Part shown: one piece after another, positions 58,583-64,000 of the stretch
Position numbering within the stretch: position 1 is the stretch's first letter
Layout: each line of letters starts with the position of its first letter
Source: an uncultured Nitrospiraceae bacterium
Lineage (GTDB): Bacteria > Nitrospirota > Nitrospiria > Nitrospirales > Nitrospiraceae
Length of the DNA stretch: 64,000 nucleotides
Direction of reading: 5' to 3'
NCBI GenBank assembly: GCA_963846575.1
Contig: CAWJWJ010000002.1
Location: 2,336,001-2,400,000, forward strand
Notes under the pieces: generated by a model
What the model was told of the DNA's origin: nothing
Database searches by the model: none
What the model saw: the letters and a program-made list of their open reading frames with translations, nothing else
Made by a program: the position numbers and the translations under genes

Positions 58583-59656
58583 CTAGAGGTTCGAAGCGTG
58601 TTGCTGTCCCGGTGCGGCGGGGAGTGCCGCAGCGTCCGTGATCAATTGCTGATACATCTTCACATAGTCGTCCGTCATCCGCTGGGCGGTAAAGCGCTCA
58701 TCGAAGACCTGACGACAACGATGACGATCGATTGTAGTGAGCTTCTCGACTTGGGTGACCATTTCATCAAGATTTTCACTTATGAATCCCGTGGTGCCAT
58801 GGCCGATGATTTCAGGAATCGACCCACGCCGGTAGGCCAGGACGGGAGTACCACAGGCGAGACTCTCGATTAATACCAGGCCGAACGGTTCCGGCCAGTC
58901 ATAGGGACAGACGAGTCCGATCGCATTTCCGATAAATTCACTTTTTTGCGCGTCGGTGATTTCCCCCACAAATTCAATCAAGGGATGGTCCAGGAGCGGC
59001 TCTACGACTCGCTCGAAATACGCGCGATCGGCCGGATCGACTTTGGCAGCCATCTTCAGCGGCAGTCCGACGCGCTTCGCCAACTCGATGGCCTGGTCCG
59101 GACATTTTTCAGGCGAGACCCGCCCGAGAAAGGCAAGGTATTTGCCCGGCTCTGCGTTAAACGTATAGAGGTTTTTCGGTAACCCGTGATAGACGGTGTT
59201 CTGCCAGTTGCAGAAGGCCAACGGACGTCGTTGCGAATTGGAAATCGACACCAGGGGCAATTCGGCGAACTCACGGAAGACCGGCACGAGTTCAGGCAAA
59301 TCCAACCGGCCGTGGAGCGTCGTCACGACGGGCACCCGACATCGACGAGAGAGAGAGAAGGAAAGAAAATCAAGATGCGAATGGATAATATCGAACTGGT
59401 CAGCGGCACAGAAGACCTGTTCCATCATATGAATGAGAGGCGCTTCACGATTGAAAATACCCGTATTCAAACGAAGCGCCTGCTGACAGGGTGCCTCCAA
59501 CTTGGCCCGCGTGACCGAATCACCGCTGGCGAACAACGTCACCTCGTGCCCCTGCCGGACAAGTTCTTCCGTCAGGTAGGAGACGATGCGCTCCGTTCCT
59601 CCGTACAGCTTCGGAGGGACACTTTCCCAAAGCGGTGACACCTGGGCAATTCTCAT
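58583..59656 (-). CDS. GT4 family glycosyltransferase
   Basis: MRIAQVSPLWESVPPKLYGGTER, GRVSPEK and EPFGLVLIESLACGTP (EX7E). Confidence 0.93.
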   Translation of the reverse strand: MRIAQVSPLWESVPPKLYGGTERIVSYLTEELVRQGHEVTLFASGDSVTRAKLEAPCQQALRLNTGIFNREAPLIHMMEQVFCAADQFDIIHSHLDFLSFSLSRRCRVPVVTTLHGRLDLPELVPVFREFAELPLVSISNSQRRPLAFCNWQNTVYHGLPKNLYTFNAEPGKYLAFLGRVSPEKCPDQAIELAKRVGLPLKMAAKVDPADRAYFERVVEPLLDHPLIEFVGEITDAQKSEFIGNAIGLVCPYDWPEPFGLVLIESLACGTPVLAYRRGSIPEIIGHGTTGFISENLDEMVTQVEKLTTIDRHRCRQVFDERFTAQRMTDDYVKMYQQLITDAAALPAAPGQQHASNL

Positions 59657-59863
59657 CTCAGCAATCTCCTTCTGCTCTCAGTCTTAAAGCACTCAGCGAT
59701 CACTAGCGCAGGGGGAGTTTGAACCCCAGACCTGCCCAATGTTCTTGCTCTGCATTCTTTCTATTTTGCAGTTTTGATTCAATTGACATCTTTGACACGG
59801 GCGTATTGTTTTTGTCGTCTTGATTAGGTATGGCGTCGTACTCTTGATGAGGATCTCATGTAA

Positions 59864-59879
59864 AGCAAACAGCATACCC
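59864..59879 (-). promoter_or_regulatory. Possible sigma54 (-24/-12) promoter for the GT4 cluster
   Basis: Minus strand reads gGG-TATG-CTGT-TTGCT with correct GG-N10-GC spacing, about 210 bp upstream of GT4. Confidence 0.4.
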
Positions 59880-60097
59880 AGATCAGGTGATCCCGAACGA
59901 CGTTATATGATCTGAGCAAAACAGATAGTGATTCAATGGCTTCTGCGCTGGGATCGGCGGGTATCCGGGGCTTAGGCGGGAGACAAAGCCGCTGTGAATT
60001 CTGTTGATAAGTCTGCCGGCGAGAGCGGATGGGTGTGACAAGGTTGCTCCAGCCGTCCAAACCGCCACAGATTTTTCGGTTGCCGACAAGAGATGGA

Positions 60098-60499
60098 TCA
60101 GGGAATGTCATCCAGGATGGTGGACTGAATGGGAGGCAGAGGAGCCGTTTCTCGTGGCGACGGAGGAAAGACCAAGGGGGAGCCGGCTTGATTCGCGCCC
60201 TGAATCAAGCCAATCGACAATTGAGGACCCAGAGTCATCATCGCTCCGCTCCAGAACTGCCCTGTGGTGGGATTACGAAAATTGTAAGATTCGAAATTGT
60301 TCCCGAAGTTGTAGATGTACCCCTGCGTGCCCTGATTATCCACATAGAGATTCCCCGGTCCCACGAGGCCGAAGAGCGGAGCAACCCCTCCCCCAAGTCC
60401 TCGTACCCCCGAGACTGACTGGGCCGCCGAGGAGAGCGGCCAAAGGATCATCCCGCAGGCGATGATCCACGACCACAACGTCATCCGACACACAGTCAT
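60098..60499 (-). CDS. Hypothetical exported protein
   Basis: Signal-like stretch ending SSAA, Gly/Asn/aromatic-rich body and Pro-rich tail; start uncertain. Confidence 0.55.
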   Translation of the reverse strand: MTVCRMTLWSWIIACGMILWPLSSAAQSVSGVRGLGGGVAPLFGLVGPGNLYVDNQGTQGYIYNFGNNFESYNFRNPTTGQFWSGAMMTLGPQLSIGLIQGANQAGSPLVFPPSPRETAPLPPIQSTILDDIP

Positions 60500-60603
60500 G
60501 CCCCGTCCCTTCAGCATGGACAGCAATCTCCGTTTATGGTACCACCCCAGCACCATCACAGGTGAGTATGGCGCAACCCAGACATCGCATCAAGGAGTTT
60601 GTT

Positions 60604-62154
60604 ATGCAGATTCGACTCCTCCGGGGATTCTGTCTCATCGGGACGGCGACCGCCCTTGTGCTCTCGATCACCGAGGCCGCGATCGGTCTGGAAGTCACGA
60701 AACCCGTGCCCTCTGAACGCCGCGAAGCCGTGTCGCTCGCCGATGCGGTCGTCAAAGCGCTTCAAAACAATCTGGATATCCACATCGGTCGGCAGACCAA
60801 AGAGAGTCGCTTGGCAGACATTGTGATCGAGCAGGCCAAGTTCGACCCGACGGTCAGTCTGAACGGGCAATACAACCGGCAGGTCGCGCCGCTCAATCGG
60901 CCGCTGCTGGGGTTCACCGGCGCGAACCTGCAGGAGATTACGAAATTTGACCAGAACATATCGTCCGTGACCGCGGATATCACCCAGAATCTACCCAGCG
61001 GTGCGAATTACGATATCAACTACAGCCCTCAGCGCAGTTACGTGGGCGGTCCGAACACCTTCCTGTTCAACCCGGCCTGGACCGGCGGCCTCGCGTTGAC
61101 GGTGACTCAACCTCTCTTGAAGAATTTTGGCACCGATTTGAACCGGACGTTCATCTCGATCGCACAGAACAATGCCACGGTCGAGCAGCACGTCTTTCTC
61201 GACCGGGTCCTGACCGTCATCGCCACAGTCGAACAGACCTTCTGGGAAATGGTCTTTGCGAATGAGAATCTCAAGGTCGCGCAGGCAGCGCTCAAGGCAG
61301 CGGAAGAATTGCTGGCGAGCAATCGGGCCAAGGCAAAAGCGGGTGTCATGTCCATCGTGGACGTTCTGCAAGCGGAAGCCGCCGTCGCCTCGCGTGTGGA
61401 GCAAATCCTCGTCGCGGAGAAGGCGATTCGCGACCAGGAAGATCAGCTGCGCCGGCTCTTGAATCCGGCCGAAGAAGAATTGCGACAGGACTTGCGGCTG
61501 CTTCCCGTCGATCCTCCGACGACCTCGCTCGAAGCAATCAGCCTGCAGGAAGCCATCGATATCGCCATCGAGCGCCGACCGGAAATTCTCCAGGCTGGCA
61601 AAAATGTCGAAACCAGCGAACTCAACACGAAGTTTGCCAAGAATCAGATGCTCCCGACCCTCTCGTTTCAAGGCACCATGGGACTCTCGGGACTTGGCGC
61701 GGACTATAATGATGCAACCAGACGGAATTTCGGCGGAGATTTTTATAACTACGGGGCCGGCTTGGTGCTCAGTTATCCGCTTGGTAACCGTTCGGCCTAC
61801 AGCACCTACAATAAACGACAGCTCGAGGCTCGCAATGCGCAAGCCTCCCTCCAGAGTGTACGCCAGCAGGTGATTGTGGGCGTCCGCGAAGCTGTCCGTC
61901 GTGTCCATACCGACTTCAAGCGGATCGAAACCACCAGGTCCGCGCGCATTATGGCCGAGAAGCAATTGCAGGCCGAGCAGGAGCGTTTGAAAGTGGGACT
62001 CAGCACCACCAGGTTCGTGCTGGATTTTCAACGCGACCTGGCCACTGCCCAAGGCAACGAACTCCGGGCCGTCCTGGACTATAACAAATCCCTCTCGAAT
62101 CTCGCGCGCAACAAAGCCACCACGCTTGAACGGTATAGCCTGAGACTAGAATGA
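60604..62154 (+). CDS. TolC family outer membrane efflux protein
   Basis: AAGGAG RBS, signal peptide, SLADAVVKALQNN, QPLLKNFG and two OEP repeats. Confidence 0.92.
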   Translation: MQIRLLRGFCLIGTATALVLSITEAAIGLEVTKPVPSERREAVSLADAVVKALQNNLDIHIGRQTKESRLADIVIEQAKFDPTVSLNGQYNRQVAPLNRPLLGFTGANLQEITKFDQNISSVTADITQNLPSGANYDINYSPQRSYVGGPNTFLFNPAWTGGLALTVTQPLLKNFGTDLNRTFISIAQNNATVEQHVFLDRVLTVIATVEQTFWEMVFANENLKVAQAALKAAEELLASNRAKAKAGVMSIVDVLQAEAAVASRVEQILVAEKAIRDQEDQLRRLLNPAEEELRQDLRLLPVDPPTTSLEAISLQEAIDIAIERRPEILQAGKNVETSELNTKFAKNQMLPTLSFQGTMGLSGLGADYNDATRRNFGGDFYNYGAGLVLSYPLGNRSAYSTYNKRQLEARNAQASLQSVRQQVIVGVREAVRRVHTDFKRIETTRSARIMAEKQLQAEQERLKVGLSTTRFVLDFQRDLATAQGNELRAVLDYNKSLSNLARNKATTLERYSLRLE

Positions 62155-62161
62155 CCAGGGC

Positions 62162-62836
62162 ATGACCCGACCTGAGCAAGAGCTACCGGCTCAGGCGACC
62201 GAACGGGGCGCCGCTTTCGCGCTGCTGCCTATTGCAGCCTCCCTGCTCTTCTATCTTTCGCCGCCCGCCCTCCAACACGATCGCATCTATCAGTTCATGC
62301 CCCAGCTCTGTGCCTATGCCGCCCTTCTTGCATGGATCGGTCTCAACAAATCCTGCGTGCCACGCCTGGGCCTGTCGATCAAGCTCCTGCCCCAGGGCCT
62401 TCGATGGGGAGTCCTCACCGGTCTCCTGCTCGGGACGATCAATGCGCTGGTGATTCTCTACCTGGTACCTGCTCTCGGAGGTGACTATACGTTTCTGACC
62501 GGCACACCGCATGCCCAGCTTCCTGAGTGGGTCATGGTGCCGTGGTTTATTCTGTTCATCGCCACCATGGTGGAGTTGAACTTTCGGGCCTTCCTTATCG
62601 GACGGCTTCTCGCCCTCAAGCTGTCTCCGTCCTCTGCCGTATACGCCGCCGCGTGGCTATTTGCGTTCGACCCCTTTCTGGTGGCAACCTTTCAACAGCT
62701 CCATTGGATCGCTGTCTGGGACGGGCTGATTTGGGGAACGCTCTGGGTCACGTTCCGCAACCTGTATGTGACGATCGTGGCCCATGCCGTGGAGGTCATC
62801 GTGTTGTATCTCGTCATGCGAACGGTGCTGGGATGA
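62162..62836 (+). CDS. CPBP/Abi (CAAX protease-like) membrane protein with degenerate motifs
   Basis: Multi-TM; VELNFRAFL and RNLYVTIVAHAV resemble CPBP motifs 1 and 3. Confidence 0.65.
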   Translation: MTRPEQELPAQATERGAAFALLPIAASLLFYLSPPALQHDRIYQFMPQLCAYAALLAWIGLNKSCVPRLGLSIKLLPQGLRWGVLTGLLLGTINALVILYLVPALGGDYTFLTGTPHAQLPEWVMVPWFILFIATMVELNFRAFLIGRLLALKLSPSSAVYAAAWLFAFDPFLVATFQQLHWIAVWDGLIWGTLWVTFRNLYVTIVAHAVEVIVLYLVMRTVLG

Positions 62837-62937
62837 CCTCTCACATGGTCTATTCGTCAGGTCTCATAGAGTTCATGCTTTGGTTAAGCTTGCGTTTTCC
62901 TGTGCAACTGATGCGGTGACGGAATCGGTACTTCCCT

Positions 62938-63957
62938 ATGAATCCCTCCTTTAGCAGCCACCTCGTCAATGATGTGTTCGGCGATCCGGGACTCTTCGTC
63001 GAAGTGCGCTGGTCCAAGCGCGCGTTACTGTTCGATCTCGGCCATAATGACGCCTTGGGTCCAACCCGCCTGCTGCGCGCCGCTGATATCTTCATCTCCC
63101 ATACCCACATGGATCACTTTATCGGGTTCGATGCGCTGCTGCGTGTCGCGCTTGGCCGTGGCAAAACCCTCCGGCTGTACGGACCGCCCGGACTGATCCA
63201 CAATGTTCAAGGGAAGCTTCAAGGCTATACCTGGAATCTTGTCGATGGGTATCCACTCGCCATCGCCGTAAAAGAGTTCCAATCCCATTCAATCCAGAGC
63301 GCGACGTTTCACGCAACGGACGGGTTTCGTCTCCGGGAGACTCCGGCCATATCGATCACGGGGCTGGAGAAGGGTGGTTGTTTTTGCGTGCTCGAAGATC
63401 CCATGTTCAGTGTCCGGGCCGTGCCGCTCAACCATCGGATCCCCTCATTCGGTTATGCCCTTCAGGAGCAGTTCCACGTGAACATCAACAAGGAGCGCCT
63501 GCATGAGGCCGGACTCCCGGTCGGCTACTGGCTCAAGGAGGTGAAACAATACCTGTGGCAGGGCAAGCCGGACGACTTTCATTTTCGTGCCACGCTCTAC
63601 CATGAACATCACAAGGAGGAGCGGGACTTTACGCTGGGCGAAATCCGCGAGCAATTCGTGAGGATCAGCCGTGGCCAAAAAATCGCCTATGTCGTGGATG
63701 CCCGGTACGATGAGGAGAACGAGGCCAGGATCGTCGACCTTGCGCGGGACGCCGACATCTTTTACTGTGAGGCCCCATTTCTGGATCAGGACGCCGAGAA
63801 GGCCCGCTCGCGTTATCACCTCACGGCCAGGCAGGCAGGGCTTCTGGCGAGAAAAGCCGGGGTGCGGGCGCTGGTCGTGTTCCATTTTTCTCCGCGCTAC
63901 ACCGGCCTCGGGCATCAGATTGCCGAGGAAGCCCAGGCGGCATTTCGAGGGAATTGA
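62938..63957 (+). CDS. Ribonuclease Z-like metallo-beta-lactamase fold protein
   Basis: LFDLG, SHTHMDH, LYGPPG, NHRIPSFGY, CEAPF, HLTARQA and HFSPRY. Confidence 0.85.
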   Translation: MNPSFSSHLVNDVFGDPGLFVEVRWSKRALLFDLGHNDALGPTRLLRAADIFISHTHMDHFIGFDALLRVALGRGKTLRLYGPPGLIHNVQGKLQGYTWNLVDGYPLAIAVKEFQSHSIQSATFHATDGFRLRETPAISITGLEKGGCFCVLEDPMFSVRAVPLNHRIPSFGYALQEQFHVNINKERLHEAGLPVGYWLKEVKQYLWQGKPDDFHFRATLYHEHHKEERDFTLGEIREQFVRISRGQKIAYVVDARYDEENEARIVDLARDADIFYCEAPFLDQDAEKARSRYHLTARQAGLLARKAGVRALVVFHFSPRYTGLGHQIAEEAQAAFRGN

Positions 63958-63969
63958 AGGAGGTCGGGC

Positions 63970-64000
63970 ATGGAGCAGTGGGTGAAAGTGGCATTGTACT
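63970..64000 (+). CDS. Start of a gene truncated by the window edge (MEQWVKVALY...)
   Basis: GAAGGAGG SD followed by ATG at 63970. Confidence 0.5.
   Translation, partial: MEQWVKVALY

Noticed and set aside
59693..60111. Short ORFs in the GT4 upstream region
   Set aside because: No clear RBS or protein-like composition; more plausibly regulatory DNA.
60991..62052. 353-aa minus-strand ORF
   Set aside because: Antisense shadow of the TolC-family gene.

Overview
GC-rich bacterial chromosome segment, most likely from a Nitrospira-like organism (inferred from an actinobacterial-type 20S proteasome/pupylation operon in a genome that also carries Gram-negative bamA/lpx genes). Contents in order: (1) outer-membrane and lipid A operon on the minus strand: bamA, two skp, fabZ, lpxA, lpxI and a truncated gnnA-like oxidoreductase; (2) galU, lon, thiL, DUF2062 and an HD hydrolase; (3) a three-gene PAS histidine kinase / response regulator / hybrid kinase module; (4) thiS-thiG-thiE followed by arc-dop-prcB-prcA-pafA and an M23 peptidase, with no pup gene in its usual slot; (5) a stand-alone PolX N-terminal protein; (6) ffh-rpsP-rimM-trmD-rplS-rnhB-yraN-ftsEX-envC-ctpA; (7) uvrB, divergent from a mutagenesis cassette made of an XRE-HTH/S24 repressor, an inactive ImuB-like Y-family protein and dnaE2, with a perfect 19-bp palindrome over the repressor start; (8) an RRM protein, DEAD-box helicase and exported FKBP with a long structured leader; (9) a GT4 / MFS / repeat-BON / MFS / amylo-1,6-glucosidase cluster; (10) a TolC-family protein, a CPBP-like protein and an RNase Z-like protein. 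I saw no rRNA, tRNA, CRISPR array or mobile element. All calls were made by eye from motifs; no searches were run.
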